This document shows positions 53,401 to 64,000 of a stretch of DNA of 64,000 nt, piece by piece. Position numbers and translations under genes: made by a program. Location of the stretch: the NCBI GenBank assembly GCA_020137815.1, contig CM035356.1:5766001-5830000 (forward strand), given 5' to 3'. The notes under the pieces were generated by a model that did no database searches, was not told the origin of the DNA, and saw only the letters and a program-made list of their open reading frames with translations. The stretch's first letter is position 1; each line of letters begins with the position of its first letter. The stretch comes from Hormiphora californensis. Taxonomy: Eukaryota > Animalia > Ctenophora.

Positions 53401-55063
53401 TTTCTCATCGATACAGTTCATTGTTGTAAGGCGCCACGACACAGCAGTGGAACTATGCGCGCGATTAGGCGGGTGCGCGCGAGGTATTTTACTATTCTTA
53501 TCTCTGAACCTGGATCAAAAACTCGAACTTCACTGTCAGGCCATCCACCCTTCCACCCTAATCACCTGTAACTATTTTACAGGAATCGCTGCTAGGACCG
53601 GATAATTATGAAGTTGCCCTGTCTCTGGGTCACCTGGCCAGTCTCTATAACTATGATATGAAGCGATATAAGGCGGCCCTACCCCTCTATCTCCGCTCAA
53701 TTTCCATTTCAATTGCCATATTTGGTCCGGCATTCAGTGGACTGGAATATGATTACAGGGGACTCATGCACCTCTATAGCAATACCGACAAGGTAAATGA
53801 CAAATAGTAAATACAACAATGTCAGTTAATCCCTGCAGGATTCAATATCATGGATATGTTTCCTGAAAATCTAACCTCCCCTTGCCTCCCCTCTAACCCC
53901 CTCGCCCCTATCTAACCTCTTCGCCTCTATCTAACCCCTCACTAACCTCTTCGGCCCTCTCTAACCCCCTCGCCCCTCTCTAACCACTTCACCCCTCTCT
54001 AACCCCCCGCTCGGCCCTATCTAACACCCTCGCCCCTCTCTAACCACTTCACCCCTCTCTAACCCCCCGCTCGGCCCTATCTAACCCCTCACCCCCTTGT
54101 CCCTCCCTAACTCCACTTGCCCCCTCCCTAACCCCCCTCTCTAACTCCCTCGCCCTCTCTAACCCCCTCGCCCCTCTCTAATAACCCCCTCGCCCCTATA
54201 TAACCCCTCACCCCCTCGCCACTCTCTAACCCACCCTTCTCTAACCCCTCACCACCCCCTTGCCCCTCTCTAACCCCCCTCGCCCCTCTCTAACCCCCTC
54301 GCCCCACTCTAACCACTTCGCCCCACTCTAACCACTTCGCCCCTCTCTAACCCCCCGCTCGGCCCTATCTAACCCCTCACCCCCTTGCCCCTCCCTAACT
54401 CTCCTTGCACTCCCTAACCCCCCCTCGCCCCTATCTAACCCCCTCGCCCATCTCTAACCCCCATCGCCCCTCCCTAACCCCCCTCGCCCCTCTCTAACCC
54501 CCTCGCCCCTCTCTAACCCCTCCGCCACTCTCTAACCACTTCGCCCCTCTCTAACCCCCGCTCGGCCCTATCTAACCCCTCACCCCCTTGCCCCTCCCTA
54601 ACTCTCCTTGCACTCCCTAACCCCCCCCCCTCGCCCCTCCCTAACCCCCCTCTAATAACCCCCTCGCCCCTATATAACCACTTCGCCCCTCTCTAACCCC
54701 CCGCTCGGCCCTATCTAACCCCTCGCCCCTCCCTAACTCCACTTGCCCCCTCCCTAACCCCCCTCCCTAACCCCCTCGCCCCTCTCTAATAACCCCCTCG
54801 CCCCTATATAACCCCTCACCCCCTCGCCACTCTCTAACCCACCCCCTCGCCCCTCCCTAACCCCCCTCACCCCCCCCCCTAACCCCCTCGCCCCACAGAT
54901 GGAGGGATACCACGACAACCTGGTCAAGCTGCAGGACTGGATAGAACTGAGAAAGAGATGTGAATCCAAAGGTGAAGCAGATTTAGTTAACCCTTCGGGA
55001 GGAAAGTTGCTACCCACTGCAACTGTAATTCAAAGAATTTTAGGACAATGTGACTGTGCCTAG
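45148..55063 (+). CDS. APPBP2: Amyloid protein-binding protein 2 (TPR substrate receptor of CRL2)
   Basis: Exons 45148-45342, 47245-47362, 47546-47927, 48229-48393, 49928-50085, 50579-50711, 51110-51270, 53583-53792, 54899-55063. Motifs FLGQCGWY, HPEY..LQDYGF, AHEDLAYATYVYQY, TAKHYGNLGRLYQSM, YEVALSLGHLASLYNYDM, SGLEYDYRGL. Apparent indels in exons 3 and 6. Confidence 0.93.
45807..45841 (+). other. Genomic copy of a ctenophore-type spliced-leader exon sequence
   Basis: ACTTTTCAACACTACTTTAAACAAATTAATTTGAG matches the cydippid ctenophore SL as I recall it (not verified by search); followed by TTTTAG rather than a GT donor. Confidence 0.75.
45888..46907 (+). CDS. Stand-alone LINE ORF1-like protein (coiled coil, RRM, CTD; 339 aa) inside APPBP2 intron 1
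   Basis: Heptad region ELIKAQRDLVAAQEELLNIQRQLL; NIIIHGLEES; RLGR..VRPVKVVLKS; KVFISPDRTLEERNERRQL; no EN/RT follows. Confidence 0.85.
   Translation: MVNTDNEEEATPRIYLVAHPGKPATDIDRRNVNDCQHDTVYWVKDLLSECSGFGYSNPELVRYGTGPPPRATWDDLEVPSTSKLNTLSKKKLLDFTKRACGILLEQTFPLIQKLRDKGCESMMVRECKEELRQHGKELIKAQRDLVAAQEELLNIQRQLLEKREVEITAVQSTAQQEMKSFSSVLKEECASALAPKKIQSAIVAASEDRGCNIIIHGLEESINSSVELETQVESLLVELGETQNVKSVERLGRQSLTVRPVKVVLKSRDAQMSILSKKSRLKRTGKFDKVFISPDRTLEERNERRQLVDRLKKMVQRSPGKHYFIRGKEVVEAPGTTEN
50676..50799 (+). repeat. 50-bp tandem repeat copying the APPBP2 exon-6 end and donor
   Basis: TAGAGAGTAGGGAGGGGAGGCAGCTCCTAAAAGAAG|GTAC at 50676 and 50726, partial third copy at 50776. Confidence 0.92.
52048..52407 (+). 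CDS. Candidate orphan 119-aa protein nested in APPBP2 intron 7
   Basis: Non-repetitive ATG ORF with protein-like composition, preceded by TTTACAG acceptor-like site at 52034-52040; no homology recognised. Confidence 0.45.
   Translation: MEHPNVRMMIAHAKSHKHRLVAEEIKAQGWLDNLKTDRTRNANFKAAAVEGQEVMEKLMMKLKGDITVDEFKVWLQMKEGHANRESQHYWGIWGHDSVESNRVQAGTRDCIKEIREMCH
52812..53048. mobile_element. MITE with TIR AAGTCCAATTTTTTATTTAAGCGACAGGCCGC
   Basis: Imperfect TIR of about 35 bp, TA flanks; shares internal TCTTATCAGGAACCGGAGATATGA with the AAGTCGG family. Confidence 0.8.
53067..53218. mobile_element. AAGTCGG-family MITE
   Basis: TIR AAGTCGGATTTTTTGAAGTTGTCACCCC perfect at both ends, TA flanks. Confidence 0.88.
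53870..54896 (+). repeat. About 1-kb CTAACCCCCTCGCCCCTCT minisatellite filling APPBP2 intron 8
   Basis: Dozens of about 19-bp units; the last unit is the real acceptor CTAACCCCCTCGCCCCACAG. Confidence 0.9.
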
Positions 55064-56811
55064 AAAGGGCAACTTTTTTATTGTGAATTTAATCAAAAAC
55101 TTAAGTAATTTATATAGCTTATTAAGATATAGCTGTTCTCTGAGAGAACGCGAAATAAAAAACTGATTTACTTTTGTAAGGAAATGTGTGCTTGATAATT
55201 TTAGCGGTTTTCCCAAAGGAGAGACGAATTTTTGAAGCTTTGCTCCCTTTGAGTAGTTTTGATTCATTTATTATACTGAGGCGCCGGGTTTTCATAGACA
55301 TTTGACACTTTTGTCAATAACTGTTTTTAGTCCAAAGTTGCGAGTTACCGAAACAACGATCTAGCATCTAGATAGTAAATATATCTAGACAATAATCAAG
55401 ACAATATTAATCTGATTGACGTATTCACCATATAATTTCAAATTACGACTATATACTATCGAAAATTAAAATGTGACAGTCCGTTTTCATTCTTTTATTC
55501 TTATTTCTGAATTGTGTTAAAATAAACTGAATCTATTTAATTTCCTAATTACTCCGTTTTTAAATTTCAAACCGCAGTGTTTCCCCCAAAACCACTTGCC
55601 CTGATTCACCATTGATTCCCAACCACCATTCCGCCCCCTGGAGAGCCCACAATTCCGTGTTGAGTAACAGTGCTGCTTGTAGTCAAATTACCGTAATAGA
55701 AATGCAGTAATGAGACACGCACGTTGCATAACGCACAGCAAAAAGTGCATGTGTTCAGCACGTACTAGCGCCCTGATTGGCCACGGTTGTGCGTCGTCTT
55801 ACTGTATCTCAGTTTTCCATTACCGTTTTCCCACTACAAGCGACCGGGTTACTCAACAAACCATTCAAATGCATTCCGCGCCGGTCAAACTTGCTGGGTA
55901 AGGGGTCTCCACCCAACAGGGCAAACTGAAACAAAGTTATCTACTGGTATATGAAATCCATATATGTGTATAGAGTTCAATGTTCCTTCACACTCTCTCA
56001 TTTCAAAAAAAAATCAGTCGAACACACACACACACACATTACACACACTCATATTTATAGAACAGAGAGGGGTTAACGACCAACTTATGAAATCGATAAC
56101 CGGCAGTCCTATGAGACATCCCCTTGTCCTACTTCAGGAATGTGATGTCGCGCGGGTCGGGGAGGGCATTCCTATGATACAACCATATCCTTGTCAATTG
56201 CCTTGCTTGTTGTTTTGCCACGCTTCGCACGGGAGTAGTAAGGGTGACTGGGTCACACCAAGTTGCTCAGTTCTATATCGATTTCGTAAGTTGGCCTGCT
56301 AACACATTGTTACAAACAATCACACCGATATATACTTTCAATTGTGTAAAGCTTCTCAAGGACGCAAAAAGTAGAGAAAAAAAGCAGGTGCTACTCATCG
56401 ATTATAATACGTGTACAGGGGTGTGTGTGATAAATGGGTGGACAAAATCACACATTTATCACACCCCCCTAGTACAGTTACGTATACGTGGTTCTAGAAT
56501 ACTTTCTAAATCCTAACTAAAAAATAATTTTCAGATCCTATCACACACTCAATTTCACTCTTTTTTCATCGTCCGACACATTGTTCATCTGTCAGAGCAT
56601 TGGCCTGACAGTTGTTCATGCGTTTCTTTTAACGCAGAAAACATAACTCAATCCACCTTCAAAAACATCCTATAATTACATCTCTCACACACACACACAC
56701 ACTCACACTTTTTCACTAACTAATTCTCATTTGTTAAATCGTAATCACACACACTCTCTCCCAGTTCACAGTCTCTCCGTCCTCTCTCGCTCTTGTAGGG
56801 GTGCGATTGAA

Positions 56812-56963
56812 TCAGCCGTACACTCGGACAGTTGAGTCGGCCCCCGAAGTCGCTATGAAGTTTAGGAATGGATGGAACCGGACACACAGGATCCCTTCGT
56901 CGTGACGCCGCTGGAGAAAATGGCGTGTTAGTCGGAGGTTGGGGAGACTAGAGAGATAGAGAA

Positions 56964-57038
<75 letters not shown>

Positions 57039-57822
57039 TCACAAACCTGGTGAGCTGTTTCCTCGTGATCACAAGTCCAATCCTCAATGTTCCACGTCCT
57101 TATTGAGAGCGAGTGGGATGCGGTAAGGAGGTTGGATCCCGTCATGGGGTCTATGGATAGAGAGCTGATAGCATCCGTATGTACAATCATGTGGTGCACC
57201 ATGGTCCCATCATCCGTATTGAAAACCCGTATCTCTCTATCCGTGTATCCGGCGATAACAAGCGGTTGGGTAGGATGTGTATCAAGGGCTGTTACTCCGC
57301 CCTCCTCAGTCATCCCACTTTCCAGGGTCCGGACTACACCAGCGCTACTCACAGCTAATGAGCTGGACTTGAGAGTTGTTGAGTCCCACTGCTATAAGGT
57401 CCGGGGAGGTCCTGGGGGAGAGATGTTTTTATGAGATGGGCAAGATATGTGGTTATTAGTTGTAATATAGGACCAGATGGTACATAGTTCTATTTTGGGA
57501 AAATACACTCGTAGTGGATTTAATGGATATCCAAGGGATTTATTAAAAAGGTTTTTATGTCTCCCAGGCTCACTTGATATATTGGATAGCAGATGCAGGT
57601 CCTCCCACCGGTACCCGGGCTACCAGGGGAGCCTCTCTAGAAATGTCCCAAACACACAGCGTACCATCGCTACCACAGGACGCTACTTCCGTCACACTCT
57701 CGGGGTGCAGTGTGAGACCCCATACGGCGTCAGAGTGTCCTTCTAACACCTGGCACTCAATCATCATCTCGTCTGCGGGGGAAGGGGTACATTAGCGAGG
57801 TGAGGAGAGGGAGTGAGAGAGA

Positions 57823-57876
<54 letters not shown>

Positions 57877-59485
57877 GAGAGAGTGTGAGAGAATGTTAGA
57901 GGTGAGAGGAATGAATGTGTGAGAGAGCAATTCTCATCTCATCTTATAGCACCCCCTCATATACGGGATAACAGTTCATGTTGCTGCAGTGGCGATAGAT
58001 ACTGGTGTTCACATGTGTTGGGTATTTAGAATCCTGATGGAAATGGTTCCTATAATGCCCAACATAAGACCACACTAATCATTGGTGTCCGTTATTGGGG
58101 CAAGAATCCTTGTCAGCAAATCACTGCTAGATAAAATACAAAATATTACAACCAATCATTTACCGTATGGATCATAAAGATTATACTCGGCGGTATGGGG
58201 TATTTTCCAGCACCGGACAGTGGCATCAGCACCACCAGAGAAAAGGACAGACTCCGGGTTTCCCTTGGTACACACACAACTCAGAACGGCTCCTGTGTGT
58301 CCGCGGAATGTATAGAGAGGGTCCACATCGGGTCCACCGCTGTAATGTGGTGTTTAGTGATTAGAAACTTATGGTTGGGTTAGTGGTTACAATGGAATGT
58401 GGTTAGTGGATGAATTGAAAGGACACAAACGGAGATAAGGATAAGTAAAGACCTCCGTGAGATACCTATATAATGGTACATTTTAAACCCACCGTTTGTG
58501 GCCAGTGAAAGCATCTAGATCCCACATTTTGAGGGTTGCATCATCAGAGGCGGTAAAGAGAAGGAGTTTATCTGGGCTGAAACAGAGCTGCCTCACACAG
58601 TCAAAATGGGCCCTTACCGAGCACTTCAGAACGGGCTTGTTACTGGGCGCTAGTGAATAGCTCTGAAATAATTATAATTTAGTCATTCGGTGAGTGAGAT
58701 TGGTTTAGAAATAGCACCCTCCTCTACCCTCCATCTATCTCTTTATCCCTCTATCTCTCCAAGAGGAGGTTAGTAAAGAAATCTGATTTTCTCTCACACT
58801 AACACACACACACACACGCACAATCTAATTCCGCTGTATAACGGTCACAAAGGATCAAAATATGCCCCATCCCAGGGTACTGGTTATGTGTTCCCGAGCA
58901 AGGCAACATGGTACAGTGTGTAGTTCGTACAGTGTAACGCGGTACTACGTTTAGAATTCTAACCGATGGCACACTCAGAAAATAACACTCATTACTAGAT
59001 TGGATAAGGAATGATTTATATAACTCGGTGGGACTTCCAAAATTTCACTAAACGGTGTCTCACTACTTGAATCTACTTACATCATAGGTATGTTCAGCAT
59101 CATTTGCCACTTGGATTCCTGCCAATTCTCCCAGAGACTGAACCGAGAACATTCTATCTTCTATCGTTTCTGTGGGGGAGGGTTCGTCGTACTTAGGTAA
59201 AAAATACGTAAAGTGGGGAGACGAACAGTTCAACTAACCAAGTACACACCCTAAACCTAATCGGGACTTGGAGGTAACAGCTGACAACTAACCGGATTTC
59301 TTTGGGTCATTATTATGGAGGAAATCAATATCTTTGAAGTCCTTGTTACTTTTTGTCGACACCTTCATCCCTGAGGGAATGTTATCCGTTCCCTTTGGCA
59401 GTTGGTTTGGGATCGGAGAGTGTTCCTCCTCGTCATATAGATTCATGGGACCTTCTGGGAGGGAGAGAGAGGGTTAGATGAGAGA

Positions 59486-59559
<74 letters not shown>

Positions 59560-60976
59560 GACCTTCTGGGAGGGTTAGGTTTTATTTTATTGACGAGAAA
59601 TTGTATAGCGGTGGGAGAAATGCTGGACTAAGTGATTCTTTCGCCACACATAACATTAGATGTTCATTCATTTCTCACCAGGGTTTTATCCCTAAAGGAG
59701 ACTAATGGTCGAGCACATGTGACGCAGAATGAAGAAATATAAAATATGGATGGACTGCTGAGTTGTGGTCTAGTATATTAAAAAAGGCAGATCATGCTCG
59801 ATGTCTCAACATTTGCAGTATAATAGGAGATCTGGGAGGGGGTTTGGAGTTGGTAATTGGCCCCTTCATTAAATATCACGAGGACTTACTTCGGTTGAAT
59901 CTCTTTCCGTTTCTGTACATACTATCGAGACTATCGTAGTTGGACCATCCCCCTGCCTTCAACCCCCGAGGTAGAGAGTTATCCTTGGAGATGGGGGCTG
60001 AAAATCTGACGGGGATTATTTGGGTTATGATAGAGATGAAACATTCCCCAGCAAGAAAAGAGTGTCAAGCGACCTCAACTTCAATTCAACGTGAGGATAT
60101 TTTGTTACTAAACAAGTATATTCCTTAACTCTATCTCCCTCTTCTTTCTCGATCCTATCTGTATGTATTTATAACCCTATCTCCCTCTTTTCTGTATCCC
60201 AGTCCCCTCTTCTCTCACTTGAGCCCACTGCCCAGATCTCCATCCCCAGTCCCCTATACTCACTCGAGGTCATCTCCATCGTCATCATCATCTTCATCTG
60301 CCTCTTCTTCATCATCTTCTTCGCCCATGAAATCAAATGCTCTCAAGGCATCCTCCTCTTCTTTTTCTTCGTCCGACTAAAATATGGGAGAAGGGATGTT
60401 ATAATACAGGAATGGGACCAATGTGAGAAAGAAACTCTCCAATTAAATTATCCCAATTCGAAACATAATCCAAGAGTACTCTCATCTCAACTCAAAACAA
60501 CCCTCATTAGTACTCACACTATCATCATCTTCATCGAGCATAGGCATCATTTTATTCTCAGCATGCTGCTCAAATGGCATCCTCTCGAGGGCGGGCGATG
60601 TACCCGTGTCAGCAACGGGGGGTTTCATTAAGTGATTCACAGTCTCACTATTAGCTAGACTCTGCATAATCCGTAACCGGGCCGTTCTTGTTTCGAGTAA
60701 CCGCTCTGTTGAGCCTATCTCCGTTAGATATCTGGGGAGAGATGGTGGAACTTGGTATGTCGGAGGGGAAGTTTTAGGATTGGGATATGATATTGAACAT
60801 GATTTGAAGATGATCGGAATGTTACAATGGAATTACTCACTGTTTGAGAAGGGCTCGTCCCTGTTTCACTTGCATGTTGAACAGGAGGGGGAGGGGGATC
60901 CATAATCCCGTCCATTTCATTTTTATCCTCCTCTTCTTCTGCACCGACCTCTCCATTGACACGGACAGATCCCATC
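56812..60976 (-). CDS. STRN: Striatin family WD40 protein (STRIPAK scaffold); N-terminal exons outside the window
   Basis: Exons approx. 60976-60841, 60731-60518, 60376-60264, 59997-59890, 59454-59294, 59195-59079, 58661-58494, 58350-58164, 57772-57574, 57411-57047, 56910-56812. Motifs KQGRALLKQYLTEIG, ALRAFDFM, RAHFDCVR..TASDDATLKMW, YTFRGHTGAVL, GHSDAVWGL, HPTQPLVI, SHSLSIRTWN, ATSGADSTVRVY. Internal boundaries approximate; apparent indels. Confidence 0.9.
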
Positions 60977-60979
60977 CTG

Positions 60980-61112
60980 GGAGAGAGGGAGATTGTTAAT
61001 TTCGGGGGAGAGGGAGTGGGGGGTTTGGGAGAGAGAGTTAGATTGTTAATTTCGGGGGAGAGGGGAGTTAGACTGTTATTTTCGGGGGGAGAGGGAGTTA
61101 GATTGTTATTTT
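60980..61112 (-). repeat. About 30-bp repeats of branch point plus pyrimidine tract upstream of a striatin acceptor
   Basis: AAAT(T/A)ACAATCTAACTCCCTCTCCCCCG-like unit x4, the last ending in CCCAG at 60977. Confidence 0.75.
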
Positions 61113-61995
61113 GTAACAACAAATCTGAGAGCTTCTTCTTGCAGTCCCGTTTGCTGCTCTGCAGCAGTTGCTGTACATTTTTTTACTCGATGGGGGGCTT
61201 GCATATTAAGCTAGGCAGTGTCGTTGGTGCGCGGCTGACCGCGCCAAAAAACAGGACATTTGTACAGAGATAGAGGTGTGGCGTGTTACTGTAGGTACTG
61301 CGCGCGAGGAACAGGGATCAACTGCTGCGAGAGAGCGGGGGAATGGAGGGAAGGGAATGGAGGCAGAGGGAGGGGCAATGGAGGCAGCTCAGAGGGAAGG
61401 AGGGGCAATGGAGGGGGTAAAGGGAGGTGGTAAACAGGGTGTGAACTGCATGTCGTGTTTGCTAGTCGCGAGCGCACTTGCGAGACAAGCAAACACGTCA
61501 AGGTTCATTAACAAGCATGCTGCTCAGTCATTTTAGATTTAATACACAATGTAAGGATACCATGTAATAGGTGAGACTCTTGCCGTCACCCTCGTTCAAG
61601 TCCCGTGAAAAACGGAGCAGTACACGCAAACTGATGCCCATTTTCCTCGCGTGACCCCGATTCAGCAGTTTGAGACACCAACTCTTTAGGGGGCCATATC
61701 TCAGGAACCAGACAAGATAGGAAAAATCGCCGTCTAATGAGGCGTACAGTTTTTAATCTAGTTTACCACTGTACCGGCCGTTTCACTCTCCGACCTAAAA
61801 CAAAAATCGCAACCCCACAAAACTTCAAAATAATGAAATTCGCATCTCGCATGTCGTGTTGCATGTCGTGTTGCATGTCGTGTCATGTTATTGACGCGCT
61901 CGTGTTCAACTCTCACACAGCAGCTGCAGAACATGGCGGGAAACATCGAGGAGTAGAGAGAGGGTCGGAGCCGAATCAAATATTTCTTGATCTTG

Positions 61996-63600
61996 ATCTA
62001 CTCCATCTCTCAGCTATCCTACCCCTCATCAACTCGATCTCTCAGCTACCCTACCCCTCATCTACTCCATCTTTCAGCTACCCTACCCCTCATCTACTCC
62101 ATCTTTCAGCTACCCTACCCCTTATCTAGTCCATCTCTCAGCTACCCTACTCCTCATCTACTCCATCTCTCAGCTTCCCTATTAGGGAAGCATAGAGATG
62201 GAAACGATTAGGGGTAGGGAATCCCTATCCATAATCGTTTCCATCTCTATGCTTCCCTAGCCCTCATCAACTCCATCTTTCAGCTACCCTACCCCTAATC
62301 TAGTCCATCTCTCCGCTACCCTACTCCTCATCTACTCCATCTCTCAGCTACCCTACCCCTTATCTAGTCCATCTCTCAGCTACCCTACTCCTCATCTACT
62401 CCATCTCTCAGCTTCCCTATTAGGGAAGCATAGAGATGGAAACGATTAGGGGTAGGGAATCCCTATCCATAATCGTTTCCATCTCTATGCTTCCCTAGCC
62501 CTCATCAACTCCATCTCTCAGCTTCCCTACCTCCCATTTACTCCATCTCTCAGCTTCCCTACCTCCCATTTACTCCATCTCTCAGCTACCCTACCCCTCA
62601 TCTACTCCATCTTTCAGCTACCCTACCCCTTATCTAGTCCATCTCTCAGCTACCTTACTCCTCATCTACTCCATCTCTCAGCTTCCGCCTTCCCTATTAG
62701 GGAAGCATAGAGATGGAAACGATTAGGGGTAGGGAATCCCTATCCATAATCGTTTCCATCTCTATGCTTCCCTAGCCCTCATCAACTCCATCTTTCAGCT
62801 ACCCTACCCCTAATCTAGTCCATCTCTCCGCTACCCTACTCCTCATCTACTCCATCTCTCAGCTACCCTACCCCTTATCTAGTCCATCTCTCAGCTACCC
62901 TACTCCTCATCTACTCCATCTCTCAGCTTCCCTATTAGGGAAGCATAGAGATGGAAACGATTAGGGGTAGGGAATCCCTATCCATAATCGTTTCCATCTC
63001 TATGCTTCCCTAGCCCTCATCAACTCCATCTCTCAGCTTCCCTACCTCCCATTTACTCCATCTCTCAGCTTCCCTACCTCCCATTTACTCCATCTCTCAG
63101 CTACCCAACCTCCCATTCACTCCATCTATCAGCTTCCCTACCTGCCATTTATTCCATCTCTCAGCTACCCAACCTCCCATTCACTCCATCTATCAGCTTC
63201 CCTACCTGCCATTTATTCCATCTCTCAGCTTCCCTACCTCCATTTTAACTCCATCTCCACTTCGCTACCCCCCCTTATTTCCCATTCTCACCCCCCAACC
63301 CCCCATTCCCCTCTATCGCTCCCTACCCCCCTTTACTCCACCCCTCACTTCCCTCCTCCCTTTTTACCCCCCCTCACTTCCTCCCTCCCATTTACCCACC
63401 CCTGCCTCCCTTTTACCCATCTTCGTACCCTCCCCCCCATTCACTCCATCTCTCAGCTACCCTACCCCCAAATTTACTCCCATCTCTGCTTCCTACCTCC
63501 TTTTCCCATTTTCCAGTTACCCCTACCTGCCTTTTATTTCCTCTTTCAGATCCCACCTCCCTTTTACCCATCCTCAGCTTACCACCTCCCATTTACTCCA
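61996..63600. repeat. 32-bp satellite with four embedded 77-bp palindromes
   Basis: CATCTACTCCATCTCTCAGCTACCCTACCCCT units; hairpins at 62183-62259, 62421-62497, 62698-62774, 62936-63012; degenerates after about 63250. Confidence 0.92.
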
Positions 63601-64000
63601 TTTTTCCAGCGGTTGCGGACTGTGTGCTACACTCTAAGCAAGTGGACTTATTCAAAATTTTAGTTTTGAAAAAGGCCAAAAAGTCTAAACTCAGGAGACT
63701 CTATATCTAAAAGTTACACAGGGGGGACTCCTTAAAAGTCTAAACAAAGGGGGACTCTAATCTACATAAATCAAAATTAGATATAGAGTCCGCCTTTCGC
63801 CCGCGAACTCGAGATTTCGGCCGTTGCCGGAAACGGTTTTTGTCTAACCCCTATATAATTTAGAATTTTAGGGCCGTTTTTGGGGTTCGGGGGTTGGGGT
63901 TTTGGGTTAGTGTTGGGGTTTAGGTTTTTGGGTTGGGTTAGGATTTTAGAATAGGTGGGGGTTTGGGAATTTGGCGCCAAAAATTACTAGGGGACCTTTC

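Noticed and set aside
53870-54896. Telomere or interstitial telomeric array
   Set aside because: The unit is about 19 bp, not pure TTAGGG, and lies inside a defined intron.
45148-60976. APPBP2 and striatin as pseudogenes, or programmed frameshifting
   Set aside because: Strong protein conservation on both sides of scattered single-base indels fits assembly error better.

Overview
Intron-rich animal genomic DNA, most likely a cydippid ctenophore (inference: a sequence matching my recollection of the ctenophore spliced leader, non-DRY 'S-x-x-R' rhodopsin-type GPCRs, many nested genes, abundant (GA)n). Genes read from the sequence: a secreted pentraxin/LamG protein (-), MUS81 (-, at least 12 exons over about 26 kb) that hosts three GPCR genes and a 5'-truncated LINE with intact EN/RT ORF2, four tRNA-Pro genes covering all three isoacceptors, intronless COMMD3, two tandem BTB-domain paralogues, APPBP2 (+, 9 exons) hosting a LINE-ORF1-like gene and an orphan ORF, and the 3' part of striatin (-). 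There are many MITEs (TA, TAA, 3-bp and 8-bp TSD types), some nested. Two main unexplained signals: (1) a spliced-leader-headed, apparently TSD-flanked, ORF1-only retrocopy at 45807-47041; (2) recurrent 'splice-site echoes', where intronic tandem repeats are copies of the neighbouring exon/intron junction, including a CRISPR-looking 14-copy array built from the end of the MUS81 catalytic exon plus its donor site. Single-base indels in conserved genes suggest an error-prone assembly, so frameshifts are not reliable pseudogene evidence here.
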